Positions 24,129 to 47,316 of a DNA stretch of 64,000 bases are shown piece by piece. The notes below the pieces were generated by a model. That model made no database searches, was not told the DNA's origin, and worked only from the letters and a program-made list of their open reading frames with translations. The position numbers were made by a program, and so were the translations under genes. This DNA comes from Laetmonice hystrix (taxonomy: Eukaryota). The stretch covers positions 12,836,001 through 12,900,000 of the forward strand of contig OZ249436.1 of the NCBI GenBank assembly GCA_965235115.1, given 5' to 3'. The stretch's first letter is position 1, and every line of letters begins with the position of its first letter.

Positions 24129-27100
24129 AGATTATATTTTGTATATTTGATTTATTGCAAAATAGATGTAGGTGTGTGTGTTTGTTGAGGCTCGAGGCGC
24201 AGCAGAGACCTTTTCTCCAAAGACTCTAAAACACTTGAATACCCCGTTCACACTACAAAACGAAGGGAACTGTTGTGAATAGAACTACAGAATCAAAAAT
24301 ATTCACACTAGCATACAAGACATACCGTATAGGCCTAATGGGATTCGATTTTTCACACTACGGTGGAGCTCTGTAAAATACAAAGGGCCTGACAATAGGT
24401 AGCACAATTGATTCACCGTCACCTTGCACTTCAGTTCCAAAGCATTCATTTTTGGGTCATATAGTGCCACGTAGTGATGCGTCTTCTAAAATTCATCTCT
24501 TTATTATAGATATGCAAAGAAGTGTTTATTAAGTTTACCTCTATTCTATCCGCGGGGCTACGGGACGGGGCATTTTGTTAGGTGCCTCCCACATTTTATC
24601 TCCACGTTGCTCACAAAGTGGTAGCGAACTGAGGGGGTGGGGCCTGTCGTTGGAACAGCCTAACATAACTAATAACTGAGGTCCTATGGATGCACCGGAA
24701 CATTATATGCTCCTTTACTGCAGGAACGTATGGAACGAGATGCCTGGTGCATGAATACGGCACTCCACCTTTGGTGTCGTGCCATATTCATGCGCCAGCC
24801 ATCTCATTCCATACTTTTTCCGTAGTGAAGGGCTCACATCTCAGGGGTGTCGGAACAGTGGGGCCATGCCCCCCCCCCCCCCCAATATTAGAGGGGGGGG
24901 GCAGAGTATCATTTGCGCCCCCCCCCCCAATTTACTAGGCCTAGGTATTTTAAATTTCCCCTGGACTGAAATTTTAAGTGCCATCTAGTGGGTCACTAAA
25001 ACATTGAAGTCACCTGAGACGGACCCGCGAGGTCAAGGGGAAAGACGCCACCTGCTGTGATTCAAGTTAATTAACATGTGAATGCCCCGTATGTGAGTGC
25101 ACCAGACTCCCCCCCCCCCCCCCCCCACCACACCCCTGCGTCTCGTTCCATGTTTGTATGCAATTTCTAGAATTCGTACTAATGTGCATTAAGTCACTTC
25201 AAATACCTCTGAATGGACCTCTGAATGGTTCAACGTTTAGAATGCACTTTCTATTGTGAAATGGGTAAAACTATAACACCCGCAACGCTTGGGACTATTG
25301 GATTATTTTTACCTTTCTCCAGCTGCAATGAAAACCCATACGTCAAAAATACAAAGATAAGATTTTATTTGCAAATGTTTTCTTTTTTTCAATCTGTACA
25401 CACCCCCCATTGGCTGTAATCCCTGTTGCGTCACCATTGGCTGGCTATGGACATCAAGCCTCTGAGAGTTGCAGTGGCTGCAAGCACCATGCTCAGGGTC
25501 GAAGTATGTACATACTAACACAATAGGTTGACCCACGAGTGGAGTCAACATGCCGCCCAGCCCTACAAATGTGGGTCTTGTGGAAGGTTTCTTTAGGTGT
25601 CCACATCATCTTCTGTGTTCGTAAAGTGAGAACCCATTACAATCTTTGAAGCACACAATAAGCATGAGCATACCACAATACTGGTATAAGGTGTGTGAAG
25701 TGCTTTGTCTCATTTTTTAGAGGATTCATTTTAATCAGAGACTGGGGTCACCGGTGGTAGATAAGTGCCTAGATCATCCATTCTTGGGGTCACATTTTTG
25801 AACTACAAAAAGACGCTTTTCTGGTCATCAGACGGCAACAATGGATCCAACAGAGAGATAAAGAGATCACAATCTTTTTCCTTGGCTATTCTTTCCTAAT
25901 GAACCATTTCAAATTGCTAGGGTAAGTTGTCGTGATACACTCTACAAGGAGAGTAAGCTTGTGTCATGTATGGTAAACCTGATGATCTAAACACTTCTGG
26001 CAGGATTTAAATGAAGCGTTCAGTTAATTCACGAAAAGACTTTTCCGAAATAAAATCTTCTTTTAATTCAGTAGACCCTCAAAGCTCAAACTAAGCTTTA
26101 TGCATAACTGATTCTCATTTTTAGAGTGATCATTTCCATGGTAAGAGTTTTGCCAATAACCGTGTATCCCAGCAGAACTTTTCTTGACGGATCAAGATAT
26201 GTCACCAGAAAGTACACATTGTGGTATGCACCTCAAAATCAGATCATTATGTTTACTGCAGATAATCACCAAAGAGGAAACTAGCCCACATGGGAAGTCA
26301 AACAAATATGATCTGATTAGAAACATGAAAATTTGTTCAATTTCAATGGCACAGGCCCCCTCAATTTCCATGAAAGCCAGGTTCATTACATTGTGGTCCA
26401 ACCCTTAATGTCAGTATTGCACTCTTGATAGTTTTAGTTTTACGAGAATTTGAAAGATGAAATGTACCAAGAGAAACTTTTTCGATGGTGCACATCAAGT
26501 TAACTAATGGCAAATAAATAGCAGCCTGCAAGGCAACAAAAAACTCAGTGAGGAACAAGAGGTACCGATACTATGCAATGCCTAACCATCTTGGTGGGAG
26601 CACAGTGACATGTGAAGAAACAGCACATCTTCCCATGAAAAGCATGTTTCTTATTTAAAAATCCCAATTGGCAAAAACAGACGTCAGTCATTCATTGTTA
26701 TCAGCACTGTGGTGTCATTTGGATGTAGCTTAGTGAACGGCTCAACTGTCACTTCTCTCTGTAAAATAGTTGGGGGTTTTAAATGTAACTCTTTCTACGT
26801 ATTGAAACAAAGAGTAACAGAGTCTGGGGGATCAATTTCCAAATTTGATTGGGAAAACAAAAGGTGAATCTGAAGTGCACACAATTATCATACCATGACG
26901 AAATATGTCAGGCCACTACTGGTGTATCTAACTCACCTGTCCATAACAAGAGCGCTAGGGGACTGAGGAGTCGTCTACCTGGCCACATCCAAATGAACAG
27001 CACTCCATAGATCAAGATCACCCAAAGTCGAAAACAGAAATTGGATAAACACCTATTTAATTTATCCCATTGACCACTTCTCATTCAACTGGAGTCTCAA

Positions 27101-27747
27101 AATTATTTGTTAAATCATTTTATGCTGAAAACACACCATGGTTGAAGAGAACGAAGCGACCTAACTGAACGTCTTAGTTTCAGTTTTATCAGGCAAAGAG
27201 GACAACGGTCTATTGGACTACAGCGTGCTGTGTGTACTGGTGCAAGGGTTGTTGTAGACATTCAGAGCTTGTGTGAGTGCATCGAGAAACATGACTCAAT
27301 GTCTTTCTGGGTTGGTTTTAAACGGAAGCAGCAATGCACGTGGCATGGCTACCCATGGGAAAATAAGCACCCGTTTGGTTGCTGTATACACGGGGATAGT
27401 TACAGACATGTGCTCTGTTCTGTACTGTCGTTGACAGCTGTAGCAGCCAGTGAGCTGACGCCCCGTCTTCACAAAAACTGCCAGGGTTTTTGGTTTTCAA
27501 ATGCAGCGACACACACTTTTACATATTACAAGAGCACTGCTGGCTGTCCCAAATCGACAGTTTCTTCCGTCTTTAGCCGCATACTGTAGGAGTTTGTCCA
27601 ACCCCTGTACAGTACAACTGTTACTGTTCAGAGTCGTTGTTTGTGACTGGTGCCTGGCAACTGTTAGCCAGGCTCCTGCTGACACGGGGGTTTCACTCTC
27701 TCACAGCGTCACTGCTTGCTACAAAGATCAGTGCAGAATAGCAGCTG

Positions 27748-35143
<7,396 letters not shown>

Positions 35144-35232
35144 CTTGGCTGAGGCGATGGTTGATCGTCACAGCGCATGCCCAAGTTTTAAAGCGGCACC
35201 TAGTGGCCACTTCCTGTTCTAATATATTCAAC
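35144..35232. promoter_or_regulatory. Very compact bidirectional promoter/5' UTR interval shared by COPS2 and DDA1
   Basis: 89 bp between divergent ATGs. Contains NRF1-like GCGCATGCCC (35173), CTCF-like TGGCCACTAGGTGCCGC on - (35193-35209) and ETS-like CACTTCCTG (35208). Both ATGs sit in YY1-like CAANATG contexts. Confidence 0.7.
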
Positions 35233-37624
<2,392 letters not shown>

Positions 37625-40600
37625 GTCCCCATCTGCTGTCGTGGTTATCAATTGGATTCAACAAGACGTTCAAATCCTCACTGAAAGGCATCCTTGTGGA
37701 CAAGGCATTCATTGTAATCGTATAGATATGTACATACCCTGTGGACTTTCATACAGCAGATGTGCGATAGGAAGGTATAAAAAGGAAATGTACATACCAG
37801 ACAGTGAGGCATGCATGCACCTAAGAAAGTTTAAATCTATCTTATAACTATTTAATGAGAGAACTGACCAAGTCCTGAAGGTTGCATATGGTCATGGTTA
37901 AGGTCATGGTCAGAGTGTGTTTGCTCACTGAATTTATGTATGCTTTCTATGTTGTGGGAAGACGGATGTACATGTATTGGTTGGTTTAATTGAAATGGTA
38001 TGTGAATGTCTGGTTAGCTGGCTGTTTCATTGCTTATGTTGGACTGGAAGAAAGTACTAGCTAATCCTAGAAGTATATTTTGAAGTAAAAACCAGAGGAT
38101 TTCTATTCTGAAAGGTGTCTAACAATAATGCAAATCACTTTTTGGTTGGTGAGAATTGGAATGGTGTGACTGCTACATGTTTATTGGCCTCAGTCTGAAT
38201 ACTCAGTTGCTTACATCGTAACCAAAGAGCCCACAAAAATTGACGGCCACTATTTTAAGTTTTACGGCTGTTGGAAAGCTTATAATGGTGTCTGCCTTTT
38301 GATGGCAGGTCATACAAGTTGTAAGTTTCTTTTCGCAATGACTTTGTTTTAAGGAGGGTGATCTCCCATGATGATTATTCCTCTGAGTGAGTACAGTAAA
38401 CCTTTTGACTGGAGAATCTTTAGTATACCAGTCCCATTTTGATACCAAGTTTATGGCTGTAGGTCTAACAAAAGTACATTTGTATTGATTCTCATAAGGT
38501 CAGATTATTTGATTGCACATTTTGAGTGAAGCAGTATTGTGGGCATCATTTTTAATTGGTTCTCTAGTTATAGATTGCTATGCATATTCCGTTATTACTG
38601 TCATATTTTAACTCCGATGGCATGTACATTTTGAGATGTATGGCAGAGTCAGGCCAGTTGAGATGCATTCGATTTCCGAGGATGATGATACGTTAATGTA
38701 AGTGTAAAGAGGAGGCTATGTATATATAGTTTGTGTTTATATAGGATGTGTACAAAGGGTCAGAATGTGGGATAACTGGCGGTAACAGTAATGCAATACA
38801 TGCTGAACATTGTGAGGCATGTACTTGATAACGTGACAAAGCCAAAGCCGCTGCCATGCTACGATAGAACATTGTAATCAGACAATGTCAATGAGAAGAG
38901 GGATTCAGTAAAGTTATATTGACTGGGTCATTAGGTAACACGTAGACTTGTGTATGTATATGTCCCGTTGGTGAAATGTTTTATACCCTCCAGTTTTGGT
39001 GTTTGTTGTGTGATGTGAGTGACTGGTGAAGTGCCAATCATACCAGTAATTCAAACACGTACTGCTGCTTCTCAATTAAAAAGTTAAGCAAATAGCAGAC
39101 TATTTCCCTCGTTTTTTGTTTTTGTTAGAATAATAATATTGAAAGTCACTTAAGCACTGGAGTCAAGGCCTTAACAGGGTTGAATTGGTACCCATAAATA
39201 TTTATAAGTACAGTCCGTGACACATAAAGTCTATAGCCTACACATGTACCACCTTTGCACATGTACATGTATACAGTTTGCATAATTTCATGTGCATTTC
39301 AGTATCAACTACGGTGCTAGGGGACTGTATAATCTCCACATAACTTGAAGGGCAGTCTCCTTAAGAAACGAACCATAGCTGCTGCAAACTGTAATGGTGA
39401 ATGTTTGACAACATTCTAAGATGCGTTAAATCCAAAAGTAAAGCAAGGTGAAGAAAGTCACTAGAGTAGGAAAGGTCACACACTTGTGAATGGCTAACTT
39501 AACGTACATTAAAAAGCAGCTATTTTTACCAATCGGTTCTTGAAAATTTGAAGTTTCTTTAAAAAAAATAAAACCTTACAAACGTGATAGAATTGTACGT
39601 TGACTAGCTCCATGGTAAAGTTTTAGTGTTTACCAATGCTATGTCCAAGTAAGACAGTGTAAAGCAAGGCATTTCGGTATAATCCACCATTTTGCATTAA
39701 GTTTATGAGAATTGATATACCAATACTAGTACTGTCATTGTGCAGTATTTTTCAAAACATGATATCTGGCAGTATATTTGGTTTTATTCGTTTATTTACA
39801 TTTATCTGAACACCTATAACTTACATTGCCTAGGCTTAGATTGATACAACAATGGCAGACGAAAAGCAAGTTCTTAAATTCATCTTGGTTAACCAATTAG
39901 GGTTTCGTAATTGTCAGGTGAGATTATTGTAAATTGGAGCTGATTCTGTGTACCAGTATGATGCATTGTTTCAGTATAACGGTATAATGCATTATAGTAG
40001 CATTTGAAGTCGACTACTAATATGGTCATATTTATTAAGAAGTAAATTTTGCTGGGAACCCAGATTTTTAACGGGTATTCATAATATGATTATTAATTAT
40101 ATAAACTTTCAGTATGTACACTTCAAGGTAAAAGGTTGCCCTAATACCAGTGAGGACGAACCAGACAACGAGTGATCGATAGTATTCAGCTCCACGGTGA
40201 TTATGTATCGGCCAGATTGCACTGGAAGAAACAATTCGAATATTCCTTCCCAGTTAAGATCCCTTGGTGATTTTGTGCAGAGGTAATTGTGGAGTAAGGA
40301 AATCCTATTGCCACAAGTGAAAGATCTTAAACGGTCAGGCTTCACTTTATTTTTCCCCATCTGAGAATTGATTCCAATGACTCATTCATCTAGATTGATT
40401 TTCAAATGGATTTTCAGGGCATCTTCGTTTATGAGGCGTGAAATGTACTACTAGGGTACTAGTATTGCTGGTAGACTCTTTTTTCCCCCTTACCTGTAAA
40501 TCCATGAAACCCAAACTTGCACACTGCGATGGTGGGTAGCAGTAAGCGTATTTCCAGTGCTGTGGTACCAACCATAGCTGTCTGAGGGGGAACAATGGTG

Positions 40601-41984
40601 TTGACCATAAAGAAATTGGCGGAGGAACCCAATTTGTACATATTCACAATTCGTACTTGGCCGTGAATGGAGTGGTGAACAAAAGAAGTGTTGACAGTAG
40701 CGTCTCATCTGATGGTGTTAACAAATGCCGACGTTTACAACCAGTTACACACCAGTGATAATGAGCAACCCGTCAGTTCAGTCCCAGTACCTGCTCTAGG
40801 AGAAACCTGTCTATGGAAACATTGAATTCACAGCGATAAGATCACATAACCTACCAAATGGAATCGAGATACTTGCTCTTGGTATTACTACTACACTCGT
40901 GGACACTCGTTTACATGTTACCAATTCAGCGACATGTGGTGACACCAGAACATTTCGATGTGAGGCTTACGAAATGGCTATTCTATTCTAAAAATCTATC
41001 TAGTATAAAATATTTACAGATTCTGGAAGGGAAGTAAAGTATTCATTTTTGCCTGATGTTTAAAAAAAAAAAAATTCATTTAATTGGTGAGTGACTTGGG
41101 GACAGGAAGAGAACCCTCTGAACTTTATATCAGAACCCACAATTATTCCATATGTTTCATATGGTGCAGCTTGACTGAAGTAAATTTTGCTTTGTCAAAA
41201 AATGGTATCCGGTTCTAGTGTACAATGGCATCTTTCAGGGTAATGATAAATTTGTAATGAACAGAAAGTTACACATGATGCAGTATTTGACATACCTGTA
41301 ATACACCAAGGGTTAATCCTGGATGGGAGGAGACATACTGGAGCCCCATACAAATGGGCTGTGGTTTGTCCAGTTACTACTATCTGATTATCTACATGTG
41401 TGTAATGGTGTCAGGCTCGGACTACACGGACTCTAATAGCATTGGTTTAAACCGTTCCTCTTCCAATTGAAAGAATGGGATAACTGTCCCAAGGTTGGGG
41501 TAGAATTCTTCATGTGTCCTTTCTTGAAGGGTTTATATGGATTTTTAAAGATTGCTTGTATTTTACTGTAGTATTTGGCCGCTGGCACCTGGAGCGTCTT
41601 TAATGGTGTCCTGACCAGGGTAGTGTACATTGTGTAATATACATGGTGAAGCCTGATATGAGGCATGGGTCAACACGGAAAAGTGTACATCATTGGTCAA
41701 CATTTATAAATGTATTGTTGTTTTTTTGGTGTTGATATATCAATATGTTAATGTACATGCTTTATGTAGGGAAAATATATGCATATAATGATTTCTGGAA
41801 CAAAACTGCAGTGATGTTTTCTATTTTGACCATAATGACTGAATTGTGTTTTAAGAGTTAGACTTCTCTCCAAGTAATACTGAAGTGTGGATCCCTGGTC
41901 TATATTAAAGTTAACTAACTTCAAAGGGTGCATTCGGGGTAGGACAGCGTGGCCCTAAAATTCATTAGGCTACAATACCGCTTA

Positions 41985-42242
41985 GAGCCATTCACGATTA
42001 CCTCTTAGATTAAATTAATAAATACAATGAATTTCATTGGCTGTTTAAGTCCATGCCAGGTCAACGATTTTGTCAACAACCATCCATAAGCCGATCGCTT
42101 CATAGCGACAACAGGCAACTGGAATGTTGAATTTCATTAGAATTCTCCATTTATGTGGGTAAACATTTATTGATGTATGTATAGTCTGAGGCCTTACCTA
42201 ACAACCCATGTCATTGAACTAAGAGATAATCGTGAATGGGTT
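41985..42242. mobile_element. Harbinger-like MITE (degenerate)
   Basis: Inverted ends CCATTCACGATTACCTCTTAG / CTAAGAGATAATCGTGAATGG with TTA/TAA flanks. Confidence 0.55.
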
Positions 42243-42463
42243 TAACAAAATAGATTTATAATGTCTTTACACCCTGCATGGTCATGGACCCCCCCCCCCC
42301 CCCCATCCCCAGCAGAGTGACCCTCCTGGATCCTCCCCTGCTAAGAATTTCCCAAACGTTGAAAGACATGTGTAATGCGTGGATTCATACTGTACCGCTA
42401 GGGGGAGTTCTCTGAACCGCTTAAACTATACTGTCCTACAGATGGCGCGCTTCGTAACAACTA

Positions 42464-42633
42464 AGCTGGTTCCCAGCTCACTCGCTAGGTGGCTCCGTGG
42501 GACCACAGAGCCACCTACCGAGTGATCCCGGAACCAGCTCACTTAACAACACGACCTAGATTGGTTCGCGATCCCGTCGCTAGGGGGCCAGAAATGTTCT
42601 CGCCACCTAGTGACGGGATTGGGAACCAATCTA
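42464..42633. repeat. Two adjacent related ~76-bp hairpin elements
   Basis: AGCTGGTTCC..TAGGTGGCTC / GAGCCACCTA..GGAACCAGCT (42464-42539) and TAGATTGGTTC..ATCCCGTC.CTAG / CTAG.GACGGGAT..GAACCAATCTA (42557-42633). Confidence 0.6.
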
Positions 42634-44719
42634 CAACAAAAAGCAAGGATGGTGAAATGATTCCACCATCGTTGGAATAAGGATGTAGGGGTCTAATTCC
42701 AGGTTCACACTGCTGCCCGGGTCAAATTGACCCAGGCCATTTGATAGTTAACCAATAAGATCACCTGTTCATTAACATTTGAGTTCATATTGAACCATGC
42801 TGACCCGGAACAAGAAGTCTTCTCGCCTGTGTACTCGTAGTGGGTTACCCCGCAGCAGTGACTCCATGTGGCGCACTAGATTGTAGAGGCCTCAGTCCCA
42901 ATGGTAACACACGTCATGCTAAAGATAAAGTGTTGGCTTACCAGAAAATATTTCCTTGCATGACACCATTTGCCACCCAGTCAAAAAGATACCGGAAAGC
43001 ACCGCAATAACACTTTCTTTTGGAACTGTCTTGATAATGCAAAGATTTTATATTATTTTTGTTGAATATTGTTACAGGTCATTATGACCCCTAGCCTATC
43101 GGCTTAAAGGGCCATGCTAAAATACACGTTTTGGAGGATTTCCGGCGATTATCCAAAATGACCGTGTACTAGGGATCTAAGTAAATAATCCTACCACAGC
43201 ATTTTGTCCGACGTGTTTTCGCTGCGTAAACAGCACAAGTAGGTGCCATAAAAGACTAAACTTATAGGTAGATTTCTCCCGATAGCACATCTCCCGCCAT
43301 AATTTGGGCGACAACCTCCCATCAACCCGTGTAATCGCGTACTGCGTCACATCCTGTGTGTGCACTCTCTGCAGGTGCTTGGTCACGTGCTTCGCTTAGT
43401 TGTAAACACTTCAGCAGTTGCACTCGGCATCGTTCGGCATCAGAATGCCACCCAAAGAATATTTTACGGAATCGGCAGAGAACCGGGCAAGGAAAGAAAG
43501 ATACAGAAGTTGAAAAAGACTGTCAACCCACCACTGTTGGCCGTATATTTTGATATTATGATGTGGATGCGTTCAGTCTTAGTTTAAAGCAAAAAGTTCC
43601 CTATCATCCTTCACTGCCATCTTACGGTTTGTAAGAAAGTAAATATAGATCTAGGCTACAATGATAAGCTGGCCTGCCAGATGTGATATCATGTTTAGCT
43701 TTGTCGACATTGCTGCCATTAGACGCTGTGGCATTTCGGCCGCGCTGCCTTGTTTGTGAGGGTGGTCACATCATTCATAGAGACCCCCTGGGTCAATCCA
43801 TTGGAAAAATCCGAGGATCCAAATAACCTTTTATAGCCACCTTTTCTATAGCCACCTTTTCTAATAGTAGCTAGGCCTAATAGCCTACGTAGGCCTACCC
43901 GAAACCTGTTGGACCTCCTTTTTAAAGGTGGGCCCCTTGAATTCTGTGACAGCTTTTCTATAAGAGCCCCATGTTCACCTTTTATCTCAGTCCTCATACC
44001 CCTGCATGGAAGGATTGCGCTTTTAGAGTGATGTTTATGTCGAACGAGTCGCTATGACATACCCGGTCCTATCCTATAGCCCCTAGACGTAGATGCCCTA
44101 CTAGGCCTATGGCTATAGGCGGCAGCCTAGCAAATCCAGGCGCATCTTGTCACACTTCAAGGATAATAGGCCCCTACGGTTCCGTGAGAACGGACTCTAG
44201 ATACATAGGCCTACTGTAATATCCAACGGAAAATATTAACCAGATTATGTGGTTACGGCGCCATGGGATGCATATCGAATAGAGTCTGCCTCACGAGATA
44301 GACCTAAGAGTGATAGGGGTCTACTCGAATAGCACTTTGGTGACTTTATCATACGCACTTGTTGCCCAATTGATATTTATGCCTGTGATCTTTGAGTCAG
44401 TGATTATTTCCGCTGTGTAGATGTTTCCTCTGCCGTTACCGGTTGAGCACAGAGGACCTACATTGACACCCTCTGCAGATCTATGTGAAGAACCGGTAAT
44501 TTTTTATTATTGTAACGCAGATACAATGATAGGCCCCTAAACACCGAACAGGCTTGAACGTCAGCTTTGATGCTTAATTTATAGGCCCCTGTATAATTCT
44601 AACTTTATATTTCCGATGCTATATTTTCTTCTACACTTTCAGTTATAGGCTATAACGGCACTTTGCTTCTCCGTGCCGAATTCGAAACAGTTAGCTTGCC
44701 TTTTGGTTTAATTGAATGT

Positions 44720-44890
44720 CCAGGGGGGATCCAGGTTTGCGCCAAGGGCGAGGGGGGGGGGGGGCTGGGCTCTGGGGTGCCAAGAGGGGGTGTTTGTAAG
44801 TTTGGTTTGAACCTTTCAAGCAGAAAAAAACAACTTCGTAACGGGAGGCGGATGCAACCCCAGTAACCCCCCCCCCCCCCGATCCGCCAG
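44720..44890. mobile_element. hAT-like CAGGGGCGGATCCAG family MITE (other ends or fragments at ~42325, 45105, 47810-47940, 51849, 62787)
   Basis: CAGGGGGGATCCAGG ... GATCCGCCAG ends with poly-G/poly-C runs; the same terminal motif recurs across the window. Confidence 0.5.
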
Positions 44891-45384
44891 CTATGCCCTT
44901 GACTGCCAAGGCAAACAGTAAGCCTACATGTAATGGATAATCTTCATTGTAATGTTGAAGTGTCTGTATGCTTCCTACTAAATCTATGCCATTCATGCTT
45001 ATCTCACTATAGCATCGACTACCTGGCCCGTTATACTTCGGAGATACATACGGCATAGGCTCTAATCTTTTATAGGCTACTGTCTACTTCGAACCCTCAC
45101 CCCACCTGGATCCGCACCTGCAATAGCGTCAGTTTTTAAATGACCAACTTAGTCTTTTAATGGCCAAACCCAGGCTGATCAAGCATGACGCGCACGTTTG
45201 AAATTATTTCCGTTTTCGTCCCAAAATGATGTTTCGTAAGACACGAGCGAACGAAGAATGGACACGACGGTGCAATGATTGGACCGGATGTAGAGGACAG
45301 GAAGTCGCCTTTGTCGGGTTGCTGGCACTGGTCTATATATGTGGGTTGGATCACTATGGATGCACGATTGTGGCTATATACCCA

Positions 45385-45399
45385 CAGCAACAGCAGCAT

Positions 45400-45437
<38 letters not shown>
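45385..45437. repeat. (CAG)n microsatellite, apparently non-coding
   Basis: About 16 CAG units with interruptions; it explains the poly-A/poly-C ORFs in the track. Confidence 0.85.
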
Positions 45438-45439
<2 letters not shown>

Positions 45440-47316
45440 CCTACCAATGTAGATGTATTACCCCCTTTTATCAGCACATAGCGCGCTGTGATAATTGCAT
45501 GACTTCCCCTACAACTCTTCAAATTGCTCACACTCGTTCAATTATATATCGGCACATTGCCGATTCCGAAATTGGCACAGCAATTTTCACCCGACGGGCA
45601 ACGAGCATGTGAACTCCCTTGCCAGAGTTTGGGATGCTGGTCATGACCATATTTCAGTGGTCAAAACTTTTACTCGGGTACACATTATGATATATACCTC
45701 AAAATGGACATCTGAAAACGGCACCAAATGAACGAATTCAACATTCTACAGTTCCGTTCTTTATTTACCCTCGATGTCCCTCCAGTGCACACGTGTATCT
45801 AAACGACACCCCTGAGGGTATGCCCAACAGAATTAGGTGTTCATTTGTACATTTGTGATTAAGGACAAATAGAGTCTGATGGACTGACAAATAAAATTAA
45901 TAAGAAAAACATTTAGGTCCAATTATGTGATATAACTTATCTTCCGAATACTAGAAACATTTAAAAATATAGATAATTAAAATATAATGACTTACTAAAA
46001 TACAACAATAATGTTCAGTATTGATTTCGTTTGTACGGTGACACCCATAAAATGGCTTCCCTCAAACAATGACCAAGGAGGTCCATTATCCTCTTGTAAG
46101 AATAAGAGCAAAGAGGATATCATATACATGTATACTCATGACAATAGGTGGGGTTTGAGGGTTGGGGGACACCTGTGGGATGTATCTTCCTTAGATATGA
46201 GTGTGAATGAACTGCTTTGTGTCCTGTCGGCAGGAGGTCCATTTGAGCCATATTTAGAGCGATATTTTCGTAAGTCCCAGGGGGATAGTTTGTATTTGAA
46301 CTACGTATGGAATCTATTTTAGAACATTGAAATTATATAGAACATTCCGGAAAGACAATAATGTCCGTCAACATCATTATAGGGTTCATTTCATATGCAG
46401 GCCTGTGACCCTTTTACACGCTCTTAAAAGAGTTGAGGCAGGCCTATTTATTATGGAAAATCAAAAGAGAACATTAGGTCTAAGATCGTAGGCCTCTATT
46501 TTGATCTATCATCGCCAAGCCCAAGGGGGATATGGCCCGTTACCCCCTCCCTCAAATAGGCTACTGGATAGAACCCTATATTACGATGGGGGACTACCTG
46601 TCAAACTTGTTGCTTAGCTATGATGGATGATATCACGTGGTGTAGAGCGGCGACCCCGGTCTGACCGATGGGCCGACTAACTGCTCCTGGTCGCCGGCCT
46701 GATGGCCGCTTGTGTTTCTAGTTGGTTGGAGTTAACCTGACGTACCCTCCTTCTGGCAAGAACATCACGGATCTCAGACGAGCGGCTTCTGTTTCGCTCA
46801 CGTTGCATCTCTTCTTCCTCATGTTCTCGATAAGGGCTGCCAACTCAGCTGCAATTGTCCGTCACTGATTGGAAAATGACTTGTTGTTAGGCCATATGAG
46901 GGGACAAAGGATCGAATGTTGGTTGATTCACGTTTACTAGTCTGGTTCATGGTCGTTGAAAAGCGGTGGAGGCGGTCAAAGTTTGCCAGCACGGGCGATC
47001 TGCTCCCAAAGCGCGCCCCAAAAACTATCCGTAGAGTGGAAGGGGATGCTCAAAGAACTTTGGCCATTATGCGTTAGGTTTCGCTGGAGTATTCCTAACT
47101 ATAGGAGAAACGCGCAATAGTGGAAGCGAGAGCCCGCCCATCTCTGGGCAGAACTCTCGCGTCATAAACGGACTTCGCCAGGGGCAGAGGAACGAACCCG
47201 CGTGCAAACTGGCTTGGAGTTTAGCGTCGTGCACAACACTGGCACTTCTTGGTTTAAACCGATTTGTGTGGATTACAGTTGTTTGGTACCTCTGGTGACC
47301 ATTCCAAAGAACAATC

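Noticed and set aside
43340..43440. BED zinc-finger-like remnant (AECNC..KHLQRVH) on -
   Set aside because: Too short and interrupted by stops; no matching element ends found.
45157..45612. Poly-Cys and poly-Ala ORFs
   Set aside because: Produced by the CAG microsatellite; no splice or homology support.
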